From Lytechinus pictus (taxonomy: Eukaryota), in assembly GCF_037042905.1 (NCBI RefSeq), contig NC_087251.1, positions 33,234,001-33,298,000 of the forward strand: DNA of 64,000 nt, given 5' to 3'. This document shows, one piece after another, positions 1 to 13,171 of this stretch (positions are counted from its first letter, which is position 1; the number at the start of each line of letters is the position of its first letter). The notes below the pieces were generated by a model, which saw only the letters and a list, made by a program, of their open reading frames with translations, ran no database searches and was not told the DNA's origin. Both the position numbers and the translations under genes were made by a program.

Positions 1-350
1 AAGTTCTGCGACCAAAAGACTTGCCTGCAGCATGCTGGCAGTTTGTTCGCCACATGTTCGCATGATTTGGTTGCTAACTTCAGTCCATATCCACATTACG
101 GCGCATGGCGAATCAAAGTGATCCGCGAAGTGATGTCTGAGGATTCAAACGACATCAAGAACGACAAAGCTGAAATACAGCCGTTCCCGATCGCGATATT
201 TGGAAAAGAGGTGGGTATATTGACCTGGAAATGTGACTGAGAGACTTGTCATGACATTTTGGGAACAAGTATTGGTGATGAGGTATGCTGGTAATCGGCT
301 GGTGCGAAACTGCATTAGCGCCCGGCTCGCTATCGTGCAGCCACCATTAA

Positions 351-2994
351 CTCTTTAAGAGCCATTGGCAGCTATAGTTGCCCATAGCCCTCTAGTGCCA
401 CTGGCAGCTATAGTTGCCCAACTAACTTTTTTTTGTTTAACCAATTTTACAGCCAGAAAATCAACACTATATTCTGTGTTTTTTATGTTGTTATATTGGC
501 AAGGAATTCACAATTGATTTTGTTATATAATGAATAGTGGTTTACATAGACATTTTTTGAGTAAAATGGCATTTTTGCATCATTATTTTGAAGAGTTGAT
601 TTCGGATATTGCCGCGATCTGAATCAAAATTTCCCCTATAGACACGTGTGATATAAAGATTGTGTGTAGCAATACACGTACTTCTACGGGCAGAGCAAAG
701 GCGAGTGTGCGAAGGCATTCAGCTCAGAATTGACCAATGACAGAGCGGTACGATGTCTCTCACCCAACGCTACTCGCCCATTCGCTATTGTTTTATGAAT
801 ATTCATGAGCTATCGATCGGCTCTTCTGCAGGCCGGTATGGTAGTATTCTTGTGTCAAGGCTTTTTTCTGCCTGCAAATGTGCACGGTTTGGGGGAGATT
901 TTTTGGGGGTGGGGGGGGGGTGGGGGAAAGGTCTTATAGTTTGTTTTTTTAGCATTCTCACAAAATTGTTCTCGTTATAAATATATGAGTAAAGAAGGCG
1001 GTCATTTCCAACTCTCATCGCACTGCAATCATCACACTCATTATTTATTTATTCATTTATTATTATTATTATTATCATTATTAGTATTACTATTATCGTA
1101 ATCATTATTATCATTATTGTTATTGCTATTATTATAATTATTATTCTCCTTTACCTTCTTATTATTAATGTTATTGCCATCAGAATCATCATCATCATCA
1201 TTATGATTATTATTAAAAAATAATTGTTGTAATCATATCAATTGCATTCCTTCTGCAGCCAAACTCTCTCTTCATAAACTTAAGATCAGGTAAATAACGG
1301 TTCATATTCGTTTGTGTTTTTATAGCCCAAACCATAAAAAAAGAATGATTGACATTGTTATGCTTATCAATATCATATTCAAACTTCTCACAAAAATATG
1401 AATCGTTCAATATTCTCCTCGAATCAAATAGGAAGAAGCAAAACAAATACATTTGATAATTAAAACGGCCGATAATACCGCTTTATTCGTCTCAAGATGT
1501 TTTGAGGAAAAGAAAAAAAGGGATACATTAACAAAACCGATCAGACCGACCTGTTAGTTGCTGCATCATTGACGTCACTATCAAAGGGATTTTAAAACGA
1601 CTTTAGAGAGTAGAAATGAAAATGATAACGATGATAACGGGTTGAATATTACATTTCTTTATACCACGCATATTATTGTACACTATGTTATCTGAACAAA
1701 TAAATTTCTTTTACCACGGATAGTGCTACGAGCTGGGGAGGCCCTGGGCGGATGCAGGATTTTTCTGTAGGGGGGCAAATTGTTTTCTCTTTACCTGGGT
1801 CACCCATAAGAAATCAATACCGGAACCTTTGAAAGTATTAAAATGTCAAATCAAAAGACGCGCGTTTTTGAGCCCCGATTTCTATGAACATCCTGCGCTA
1901 AATTACTCTCCTAGATAATAGGTCAGGAGGGAACGCGGATTAGAGATTCCTCATGAAAGAGAGTCTGGGCATCTATTGTTCATGACTTGGTGGCATGACC
2001 AAAAGAATGTAGTCACGTAGAATGTTAACAGGTGGCTACTTTGGTCAGACCAGTAATACAGAACAAATAGGCCTATTTTCTTTTTGAAAATTTGTATTGA
2101 TTTTTTTGTTTGTAACTGATTTGCATTCCCTCTTCTTTGATTCACGAAAAATAAACTTTTTTTTTCTTACTTCTGTGCACTTTGCCAAGAACGCCCATAT
2201 TATTTTGTGGGATTTTATACCCCAAACTTGTAAGTATTGAAACTGTCCGACCCCTCTTTATCTTTATTTCAATTTATCATCTTAAGTTCTTTTATATTTT
2301 GTCTCCTTCTGACTGGCAATAACTTTGTTTGTTACACTACGAATAAAAAACATTACAGAGTCTTATTTTGAAGACTACACGAATGAAAGGGTACGGTTGG
2401 CCGCACTTTGAAGATACATGGCTCTAATATATTATTGTGTGTGTTTGCGTGGGGATCGCAGCTGTGCTGTGATTGGTCACTTGATCGGCGACAATGCCCT
2501 TTTTTGGAACAGGTCGCTTTATCGTACTTCAGATGAAATAACTTGAATAGCAAAATAGTATTTTATTCAAAAGAGCATTATTTTTCGTTATTTCTTTTTG
2601 TTCAATTTCATTAATAGATACGTCATTTGAAAGGGTAAACATTGAACTTTCATTTTATCTTCTTAATTTCTTGGTATCTCTACAATTCCTCAGGTTATTT
2701 ACTTTTTAAAATGTTCATGAAATCATAATTTTCTAGGTTTTACTTATTGAAAAAAAACGATGTAAAATATTACATCTTTTCTCCATTTTTCCAAACGCAA
2801 ATATGAAAGATAATAACACGACCATAAAGCCCATGAACCATGCATCATTTCATGTGTAGAAGGTTTTATTATACAACGTACGGGTAAAGAATTATGACCG
2901 TTTTAAAATCAGTCGCTGCTCACATTTCGGTCAATTTAGGGTTCCCTCGAATATCCCTGGCAGTAGAGGGGTATTGGGCCTGGCAGGGTAAGAG
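351..2994. mobile_element. Putative non-autonomous piggyBac-like element
   Basis: TTAA at 347-350 and 2995-2998; ends CTCTT...AAGAG; internal inverted repeat ccctctagtgcca (near 388) vs tggcagtagaggg (near 2958); no transposase ORF. Confidence 0.5.
1040..1215. repeat. (ATT/ATC)n degenerate trinucleotide microsatellite
   Basis: Direct reading. Confidence 0.85.
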
Positions 2995-3239
2995 TTAAGG
3001 GGGTAACAATGCTAAATCCCCCCGACGGGGCTCATCGATTTTTATTTTTATTTCATGAAAATATATAAATAGAACTACCAAAATAAAGATTATTATTTCG
3101 TTTTGGCCTGAAATGCACCAAAACTGGGAAATATAAACTTAAAAGGGGAAAAAACAGTGACTTACTTCGGCTGTCGCGCAACTTCACTTCACTGCTTTAT
3201 CCGAACTTTATACATAAACATATGGCCATTGAGTCCCCT

Positions 3240-3770
3240 GTATGATGGGGGGACCTAAAGCTACGCACTTTGTTTTCAAACAATAAAAACTATCCCAATT
3301 TTAATATTTCAACCAATATCTTTCACTAATTTGTGGCAAACATTCTAAAGATCATTAACCAAGAAGAAAATATCCCAAAACTCACTAATACGAAAATCCC
3401 GTCGGTTTTCCGAACACCTCTTGATTTCGCCACCCGATGTAGAAGGTGTCCTAAAGCTATGCACTCGATTTATCATGCAAAAAAATAGTATTTCCTGTGC
3501 CTCAATTTCTAAAATATATTCATATTTAATATTAAAGGATAAAATGAAATTTAAGCGAATATAACTCGATCCAAAATTCCAAACAGTTGTTGGTTTTACT
3601 CTGCATTTAGAGATTTACTGCAGCCTCTGTAGAAAAAATTGAATAGGAATCGTTCGTCACTCTGCAGTCACAGTTCCACACACAGAGTGCGCATTTGCCA
3701 TAAAAACTGTATGCGCGATGAGTGGTGCGTAGCTTTAGGTCCCGCGCAGCTTTAGGACCCCCTACCATAC
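3240..3770. mobile_element. MITE with GTATG(A/G)T...cctaaagctacgcac terminal inverted repeats
   Basis: TIRs at both ends; a second, inverted, truncated copy lies at 63207-63680. Confidence 0.8.
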
Positions 3771-4479
3771 AGATCGAGCTAGAACTTCGGTCTCTGTATT
3801 TTGGTGAGTGGAGCCAACGGAGTTCAGCGGAACAACCAACATAACAGAGACCAAAGCTTTTGATCTAGTACCCGGTATGGTACCTCGAGTGATGCTTGTG
3901 TAGGCTCTACTCCACTTCACTACAGCTTCACTATGCCACACCTACCCGAACATGAAGGTGGTGAACTCGCTCTGGTACTCCGAGTGACAAAGGTGGGAAT
4001 GGGATTTTATGGGGGAAATTTAAAACTCATGCAACAACAGGACCTTTAAATAAAAACTGTAAATACTAATATTCTTACTTTTCACAAAGTTTTACTTCTT
4101 TTACACGCTTCTAGATCTAGTATCACTATCACTCAAAATTGGTGATTTATAGAGCCAGTAACCTTTTCCTCACAGACTTTATTTATTCACTGCCAATTCC
4201 AAAACATCGCAAACGCAAACTGCGCATGTGCGGAAATCGCAGCTCAATTCATGAACATTCATGAGTAGGAATATACATCGAGATCTGATGCAAAAATGCG
4301 AAACAATCTCGATGTAGATCTAGATCTATAGAAGTATAGTTGAAAGTTGGAAGACCAATGGGCACTAAATATTGCGTATTGATCAATAAGATTGGGCGTT
4401 GCATATCATGTACGCGTCAGCATTTAAGTGCAACCTGTCATACTTAAATCTTTGTGAAACACCCCCCAGGCCCAAGCAT

Positions 4480-4935
4480 TGTATATGAGGTGTTGGGATA
4501 AATAGAAATTTAACCTGGTCTGACCATGTTAAGCTACCATATTCAAAGCGAACAGGGTTTTAGGCCTCCTTCGAAGAAACTTGCATAGCTGCCCCCGAAA
4601 TGTAAAAGAAACGGCATATAAAGTATTAGTAAGTCCAAAGTTGGAGTAATCGCTGATGTGGTTTACGGTACACCATGTGAAGTGTTGTAGAAACAGTGGA
4701 TAGGAGAAGAGAAGAAATGGATAGGCGAGAAAGTTGGAGTACTTTGCTTCTGTGTGGGACCTATACACGAAAGACCACATCAGTAGACTAGAAGTAGTTC
4801 AACGAAGAGCTGCTAGAATCGTCTGTAAAGATGACAGGAAAATCAGTAGGCCTAGTGTTTCCAAGATGCTGAAGTCACTTGAATGGAAATCTCTTGAAGA
4901 GAGAAGAGCTATCTCAAGACAATAATGTTAAATTA
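4480..4935 (+). mobile_element. CR1/L2-type LINE ORF2 C-terminal fragment (degenerate)
   Basis: Translates ANRVLGLLRRNLHSCPRNVKETAYKVLVSPKLE...VWD...LEVVQRRAAR...LEWKSLEERR; continues near 6300-6490 (RTMVEWNLLP). Confidence 0.85.
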
Positions 4936-5205
4936 ATTATTATATGTTACAAGTAAGTAACGAGTCTGCAGAATGTGCCATAGTATGTGAGGGAGTGTGT
5001 GTGTGGGTGTGTGGGTTTGGGTGCTTCCGTGTGTTTGTGTGTTTCTGATTAATCTGATGACGGCACAGAGGGTTGAGATTTTTAAAGATTTATTTCTTGT
5101 CTATTTTGCACATTATGTACTGTATAATTTGTATGTATTTTGATTTACAGGGCCCGATTGCAAACCAGCTTTTTATCTTTGTTATAAATGTTTTTATCGT
5201 GTATA

Positions 5206-5237
5206 CCGTAAGTAACGGACTATAAACCGCACCCCCA

Positions 5238-5269
<32 letters not shown>

Positions 5270-6245
5270 CCTTCTCACATTATATTTGAGGTACGAAGAA
5301 ACAAAAACTAAATTAAAGATTTCAAAGTATCCAAAGAGATTACCAGTATGCAGAAAAATGCTGTTCTTGATCAATTCATCTACAAATGTTAGCAAGTAAG
5401 AAAGGTCCCGACAACATTGGCCTCTTACACACACACTCTTTCACCTCACAGTCACAGTGTACACACACAGAGCACTGCCGTTCTTGTCCATTGCAAACTA
5501 CGATACGGTATCAAATAATGATCTGTGTCTTTCCCGGCGTAGGAGGAAGAAACATTCACATTTCTTGCATCACAAACTCACAATCACTTTCAGAATTTGT
5601 CTAGCATTTGATGTCTTAGCATGAATTTAGGATACGGGATTACAGGAAGGTTCAAGAATAAAAGAAATTGGCATTTTTTACAGAACTTGTTTTTAAGGCT
5701 TCGTGCCGTCTCTCTCGTGCGTGGTGTACATGGTATCTTATGAAAAGCAAATGGGAAAGAAAAAATAAGCTGGCGTGAAACGGGACTTTGGAGGGGATCG
5801 AGGGTTAAAATGAATAGCGCCAGCTTAAGTCGCACTATAACCACAATACAACGCAAGCTAGCTCAGCTCACTCGCGCTCGCTCAGCTGTGACAAAATAAT
5901 AAAGAGTATGCTTGGCGTCTCTTTGAAAGGGAACTTCGCTGCTTTGAACCGAGAGAATAAAGTCGAAATTAGTGTCATGAAGGTGGGTGTGTTTGTTATG
6001 GACAATATTTGATAAGATCGTAATAATCGCTTCTCATTACCCGCGGCTCATACCCCTCTAAACGACATTGCCCTGGGCGGCTACGCCCGGCCACTCGATG
6101 TGTTGTGAACTGGCAGACGTCTTATATGTTCGGGAGGGGTTACGACGGGCTGGCTCAGACCCGTCACCGTGGATAAACCGCACCCCCGACTTTTGCTTCT
6201 ATTCCTGCCGAGAAAAAGGTGCGGTTAATAGACCGTTACTTACGG
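5206..6245. mobile_element. Tc1/mariner superfamily (Tc2/pogo-like) non-autonomous element
   Basis: TA at 5204-5 and 6246-7; about 28-bp TIR ccgtaagtaacgg(a/t)ctat(a/t)aaccgcacc. Confidence 0.85.
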
Positions 6246-6299
6246 TAGCTGAATTGGTTACCCTCTATAAAGATGTGAAATAAATAAATAAACTTACAC

Positions 6300-6490
6300 T
6301 TTTATATAAATCTGTGAATCACAGTCGATACCTAACAACTCCCCCTCAAATTCTGTCAGGAAACAGAAATCATCGGCAATCTCTTTCTCCCGACCAACAA
6401 CAAAAAAGTTTGCTTCAGGTACTATTTCCTTTCAAGGACTATGGTAGAATGGAATCTGCTACCAGTAGACATACGTGAAGCTAAACGAAA
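6300..6490 (+). mobile_element. 3' continuation of the CR1-like LINE fragment
   Basis: FLSRTMVEWNLLP resembles the FFPRT..EWN.LP C-terminal motif of CR1-group ORF2. Confidence 0.6.
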
Positions 6491-6598
6491 TTCAGATACA
6501 TGTGTACTTTTATCCGGGGGGCACATCATTAATTCAAATTCATCACTAGCCACACATGCCTGCAGCAATTATATCCCGATTGAGGAGTTTGCCTGCAG

Positions 6599-6896
6599 TA
6601 ATAATAATAATAATAATAATAATAGGCATTTACATGTATGTAGCGCCATCTATCTAGAAATATTCTATTCCGAGGCACGGTATTATTAATACCCGGCTTT
6701 AGCTCGAGCTGCCTTTCAGCGTTCATGCATTCAAGGAATTAATCCTGCCTGGTACCCATTCACCTCACCTGGGTTGAATGCAGCATAATGTGGATGAATT
6801 TCTTGCTGAAGGAAATTACGCCATAGCTGGGATTGGAACCCACGACCCTCTTTTTCAAAGTCAGAAGACTAATCCACTGGGCCACAACGCTCCACA
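6599..6896 (-). mobile_element. tRNA-derived SINE with (ATT)n tail
   Basis: Minus strand has A-box-like tggcccagtgg, B-box-like ggttccaatccc, a central cccaggtg...aatgggtacc core and a trinucleotide tail; related copies near 41357 and 46800. Confidence 0.8.
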
Positions 6897-6995
6897 CAGG
6901 AAGAAGAACAGAAAAAAGAAGATAGGCTGTGACACAGGCATGAGAATTAAGAGATTGGGGGAAGAGCAAGAGTGTAGAAAGGCATGAGGCTAGGC

Positions 6996-7407
6996 TTGTA
7001 TTTTATTATATGAAGTTAGGTTTATTCAAAAAAATTTCTACCAAGAACTAAAACAATTGGATTGACAACTGATAAAAAAAAAGTGCATTAGTTATTTACT
7101 GCTGCAACTTACATGTATTTCATCACAATGGAGACACATCATTTACACATGTATGAAAAAATGAGACAATTATGATGTCATGTAATAACATAAGAAAATT
7201 GAAAGTGGGGAAGTGCCATCATCAGCCAATCTAATGTGCATTCATGGCGATGTGCATATAACTGTTTTCACAAAATATTGATGAACTTTAAAATTCAATA
7301 ACTTTGTTATTTGTTATCCGATTTTGATGAGATTTTCAGCAATTTGCTCTGTGAATTTTACTCTATTTATTTAGATATAAATATTTTCAGCCCGGACCAT
7401 CCATTTA
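6996..7407 (-). mobile_element. Partial copy of the Kolobok-like MITE at 12539-13171
   Basis: Reverse complement of about 12539-12945; another fragment at about 8960-9105. Confidence 0.7.
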
Positions 7408-8433
7408 AGGAACACTTCAGTGATAATAAAAATGTGTTCTATGAAAAACTGTTTATACTTTCATTTTTAGGAAGTTAGATGTGATGTTGCTTCCTTTTTC
7501 TATCATTCTTAGAGATTTTCCTTGGGGTGGGTGTTGCATGAACTAAAGTAAAATAGAGACAAATAGAAGAAAGAAGATTATGAAATACTCTGTGTTTTGT
7601 AAATGATACATGTAGGTCAGCAATAATAATAATGATAATAATAACAATAAGACATTTGAAAACATACCGGTACTTGTTTTTGTTGTAGTGTGATTGTATT
7701 ATTGGAGAGCAATTTGTATAAAACGCATAGAGCAATTTTAATTGATTATGCGCTATATAAGTACCAATTTATCATTATTTTATTATTATTAATAGTATTA
7801 TCATTGTTCTCATTATTTTATTTTGATTCTTGTTTGTTGTTATTCTTGTTGCTACAATAAATTATTGATCTGAAACGGCTAAATGTCTGAAAAATGTTGG
7901 AACAGTATGATGTAAAATGTGATGATTATATTACATATAGATACATTTGTCATGAATGTTTTGAAAAGGATGGAAACTAAGTTTTAATTTCTTCCATTTT
8001 GAAAATGTTATTCAAGAAACACAAAAGAAATGAAGATCTTAAATACTCCCACAACATATTGTACAGACAAAATTGAAACACCAGCAGGCACTGTATGAAA
8101 AGAAGGAAAGTGACATAGTATCTGTATGGGAGGCGCAGGGGTCCAAATTCCTAGTATTGATGTTGTAGAGTCATTCAGTCATGAGCATTAACAATTACTT
8201 GGTGTGCCACAATGAATCCTATTTTCAAATCAACAATGTAAATGTATATATCAGTAACTGCTGAACCAGGGCAGGCAAGGCTTCCCTGCTTTAGGAAAGG
8301 TCACATGTAGTTTTGAAGTGGGAAGCCCCATGTATACATGTACGTGCATAACGCTCAGTTGGATTGGATTCGTTTCATTTTCAATATTAAGTTGGAGAGG
8401 TGGAGTCGGGATTGTGATAAACCTATAGTCTTT

Positions 8434-8940
8434 CCGAGGGGGGGAAGTTGGTCTACATGTATGTGCCGCGCCAAAGTCGAAAATGGGGGCTCTGGAATTA
8501 AAAATTGGTCTATGGAACGGCTCTTGGATCTACGATTGCTAAATATACAATGCTTCGGAACTGACTTAATAATACGGGGGTCTCCGGAACTCATTAGATC
8601 GTAGGCGCAATTGGTAGCTGCTATGGGAAAAGACGCACGTGTGTCTTGCTAGTTTCATAAACATGTAGACTAGCGCTAGCTATTTTTGGTGCTTCGGATG
8701 CCTGGTGCTACATGTAGCTGATCGAGCTCGCCGCTCCGATCGGCTGAGTAGTTAGTTCATAATTGGCGTGCATTTGAACGAGAAATTAAAAATGTGAGGG
8801 TCTCTGGAACGGGGAAATATAGCAATTTCTATGGTTTTCTGAATTGTTGATGCTATGGAATGGAATTTTAGGCTGAAAATGGGGTCTCAGCCACGACACA
8901 TAAGTATCATACATCTAAATTGAGTACCCCCCCCCCCCGG
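8434..8940. mobile_element. CCG(G)n...(C)nGG-terminal non-autonomous DNA element
   Basis: G-run/C-run termini with subterminal tatgtgccgcg / ccacgacacata; same architecture as 16297-16843; no TSD visible. Confidence 0.6.
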
Positions 8941-9209
8941 GCATTCTACCTCTTGCAGCATATGACTGTTTTCACAAAATATTGGTAAACTTTAAAATTC
9001 AATAACTTCCGTATTTGTTATCCGATTTTGATGAAATTTTCAGCATTTTGCTCTGAATTTTACTCTATTTATTTAGATATAAATATTTTCAGTCCAGACC
9101 ATTTCTTCAAACAAAAAAGAACATTTGAATAAACAGAGAAAAATAAAACAAGCCTATTTGTATTGCTGAAAATGTCATCAAAAATGAGTTTTCAACGTGT
9201 CACTTGTTT

Positions 9210-9362
9210 TTATCACCACCACCACCACTGTCATTATCATTACCGTATCATCATGGTTATGATCATAATTATCATAACCAATGTAGCGACATGTATTGTC
9301 ATAATGATCATCATCAACATCAGATTCATCATCAACCATCATTATCGTCATCATCATCTTCG
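9210..9362. repeat. (ATC)n degenerate microsatellite
   Basis: Direct reading. Confidence 0.8.
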
Positions 9363-9930
9363 TCAGCAGTTTGAATGATGAGAAAATTATTTGTAAAATT
9401 ACAGTGTACAATGGATGATGCATTAGAATATTTGTCTTGATTAATTACTTAGCTACGTACTATTATGTATATATGTACCTGTGTATTTGTGAAAAATATG
9501 AATCTGAACTGGAATATAATTTACTTACAGTACATGTAGTAGGCCCATGCTGATCTTTCAGTATACATGTACATGAAATTTGTACCACACACAAACATGT
9601 ATGTGGAGTAATAATGAGATTCATCTGACAAACCATTATTCCAAAATAGAACTGTTGAAGTACATGTACTGAAAGTCTGAGACCTGTCTGATCGATCTAC
9701 CAGTAGGCTTAATAATTCCTGGTGTAAAATTGCAATGTATACATGTACATGTTATGTATAGTGTGCAGACAGTATATGCATACCTACAGTGTAATGCACA
9801 GTCAGTATACGAGATGTACGTCTATCCATTGTGAGAAGGGGCATGTATTACAGTATGTAAAGCTGAATGTACATACATGTACTACATGTTAAAATGTAGT
9901 GAAGAAAAAAATGATATGCATGCATACATG

Positions 9931-10654
9931 GGTTACACTTTGTAATTCCGAAGGTTCGTAATTCCGAAGGTTCTTTATTCCGAAGGTTTGTAATTCCGAA
10001 ACACGTAAATTGCCTATACCTTGATGTTCGTTAATCCGAAAACGTAAAAGGGTTCGTTAATCCGAACATTTGTGGCGTTATTACGAAAGTTCGTTATTCC
10101 GAAGGTTCGATAATCCGAAAACGAAATAAGGTTCGATGTTCCGAAGGTTCGTTAATCCGAAAACGAAATAAGGTTCGTTGTTCCGAAGGTTCTTTATTCC
10201 GAAGGTTTGTAATTCCGAAACACGTAAATTGCCTATACCTTGATGTTCGTTAATCCGAAAATGTAAAAGGGTTCGTTAATCCGAACATTTGTGGCGTTAT
10301 TCCGAAGGTTCGGAAATCCGAAGGTTCGTTAATCCGAAAATGAAATAAGGTTGGTTGTTCCGAAGGTTCGTTAGTCCGAAAACGAAATAAGGTTCGTTAA
10401 TCATTTCGTTTTCGGACTAACGAACCTTCGGAATTACGAACCTCATTTCGTTTTTGGATTAACGAACCTTCGGAATTACGAACCTCACTTCGTTTTCGGA
10501 CTAACGAACCTTCGGAATTACGAACCTCATTTCGTTTTCGGACTAACGAAACTTCGGAATTACGAACCTTCGGAAATACGAACCTTCGGAATAACGAACC
10601 TTCGGAATATCCGAACCTTCGGAATAACGAAGCTTCGGAATTACGAATGTATGC
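9931..10654. mobile_element. Foldback-type element built of about 16-bp attccgaaggttcgta modules in two opposing arms
   Basis: Modules run forward 9940-10395 and inverted 10400-10647; gcatacatg flanks both sides (9922-9930, 10655-10663). Confidence 0.75.
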
Positions 10655-12538
10655 GCATACATGTACATGTATATTTTTACATAACATTGATTCATGTGTA
10701 TGTAGTTTGCCTGTAATACATGTATCTTCAATTACATTTGCTTCATGTGATAATTTAGTTTTCATAAAGTCAAATTAAAAAAAAAATACATGTAGCCCTA
10801 ATCCCTATGTGCCTCTTTATTTTAAATGAAAAAGCCTATCACAACCTAACCATACATGTACAAGAACGCTGTCACAAAACGTGCTGATCATTTCTGTGAC
10901 AGATCAATGCTTATAGTTTTCAAACCATGCAATTTACACAAAAAATGAAATTATATGGTACACATCAAAACACAGAACCAAGGAACACTAAAATATCCAA
11001 TAATCATGATCAAGAATAAAAAAAATAACAACTTTATACCGAAAAAATGATGACAAAGTGGCAAACTTTGTATTATAGTGCATGATTCTTATCTAATGGC
11101 AATGCTGATGTTGAATCATTGAATCATGTATTGAATACTCTTTTCTTGTATCACTGAAATTAAACAGTTGATTAAACTAGTGTTAATCTGTTCTTATCAT
11201 CAGTCTCATGCCTCATCTAGACTCACATAATCCTTTATTAAATTATACAACTCACAAGAATGTTCTGTAATCTGATTGGTCCCAATCTGGTCACATGATA
11301 TTCAGCGAATTGCACTATTGCATCCAAAATGCACTATCCTGCACTCTGACGTCATACCAAATACACTATCCTACAATCTGACGTCAGAGTGCAGGATAGT
11401 GCGAGTCCTGGAATTATCTAGAATTTATATCAAATATAACATTCGGGGCAACTCAGTAACGTGGGTGAGGAGGGGTTGTATAGAACAAACAATGCACGCA
11501 TTCTTGTCCATAGAGGACCTAAAATGGATATACCGCACTCGGTCCTGCGGACCTCGGTGCGGTATATCCATTGGCTGTTTTCGCACACTGATCATTATTT
11601 GGCCGTGCATGCACGCGCTTACGTGCATTATTTGTGTACTGTCTGAACTGTTATATCACTGTTATAAAGGCAGTGTTCACTGGCATGCACATGATACATC
11701 TTTGTATAAAATTTGTGACTGAACTGTGAATACTTCTCTTTATTCCTGCCTGGATTTGATATGAAAACAAAACTGAGCAAGGAGCAATCACATATTTGTT
11801 TCAGAAATGTTTAAAAAAAAAATGTTTCTTCTTATCCTTAAATAGATATCACATGAATGTTTGCTCTGATGTTATTATAGATTTTACTTTTCAAATTCTT
11901 CAAAGTCTCCTGAAAAATGTTATTGTTGTTTCCCAATTTCTGTTTTGTTTTTGTTTTGTTTCTTATTTGGGGGTACAGTAGGGTGTTGTGTTGTTTTTAT
12001 GAAAATTCAGATTTTTGTGCTCCAAATTCGAAACCCCCACACATTCATGTTCTTATTTACGTATTAAGCATGTCCCTTTCCTAATAAAAAAATAAAGAAT
12101 GATAGGTTTTGAAAGAAAAATCATGGTAAAGCTCAAGTTTTCATGTTTTTTTTTAATTCAATTTCAGAAATTTGATTGTAGAAGATAGGCATTCTGAACA
12201 ATTTTATGAGTGCTTTTATAAGAGTGTAATATATCAATGTCCTTTGTGATATTGACACGATTATTCACAGATCTATATAGAGTATAGTACACTACTGTAT
12301 CCCATTCTGTGCACAGATGTTTTTTATCAATTTTTTAAGGGTTTGAGGTAAGAAGTAGAAATCTAAAGTTGTTAAACATATACTGCACTCTTATCTTGTC
12401 ATTGCATAATTTTTCTATATTGAGCATTGCTTTTTCTGTTACTGTGTGTGTGTGTGTGATTATTGAATAGAATGGCTGTGTTCTCTAACTAACCTATATT
12501 TTGAGTCAAAAGTTTGTAAGGAAAGGACCTAGATTTAA

Positions 12539-13171
12539 AGGGATACCCCATGCTGAAGTTATTTATATTTAAATAAATAGAGTAAAATTTGCAGAGTAAA
12601 ATGCTGAAAATTTCATCAAAATCGGATAACAAATAACGAACTTATTGAAATTTAAAGTTAAGCAATATTTTGTGAAATCAGTTTAATATATGTATGTCAT
12701 CATGAATATTCATTAGGTGGGCGGATGATGTCACATCCCCACTTTCCTTTTTCCTATGTTATTACAGGAAATCGTAATTGTTTCATTTTTTTTCATACAT
12801 TTGTAAATGATGTGTAGAACTCCATTATAATGAAATAAGTTGCAGCAATAATGCACTTTCAGTTGTCAATCCAATTGTTTTAGTTCTTGGTAGAAAAAAT
12901 TTGAATAAACCTAATTTCATATAATAGAATAGAAAAGAACAAGTGGGGGTATGATATCATCAGTTTGCTCATTGAATATTCATGAAGACATGTCTAGAAC
13001 TGTTTTACTGGAATAATGCATCTGCCTATCTTAAAATTCAATAACTTTGTTATTTGTTATGCGATTTTAATCTAATTTTCTGCATTTTGCTCTGTGAATT
13101 TTACTCTATTTATTTTAATCACAATAAATAGAGTAAAATTCATATGAATATATTAGGCCGGGAGCATCCCT
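12539..13171. mobile_element. Palindromic MITE, Kolobok-like (TTAA|AGG... start)
   Basis: ttaa at 12535-8 followed by agggat; ends atccct|gtaa; long imperfect inverted arms; other copies at about 7.0 and 9.0 kb. Confidence 0.65.

Noticed and set aside
6820..6896. tRNA gene
   Set aside because: It is the head of a SINE followed by core and tail, with diverged copies elsewhere and no full cloverleaf
9940..10647. CRISPR-like array or repeat-protein ORF (10397..10765)
   Set aside because: No unique spacers, the modules invert midway, the context is eukaryotic with no cas genes, and the ORF is a translation of the repeat
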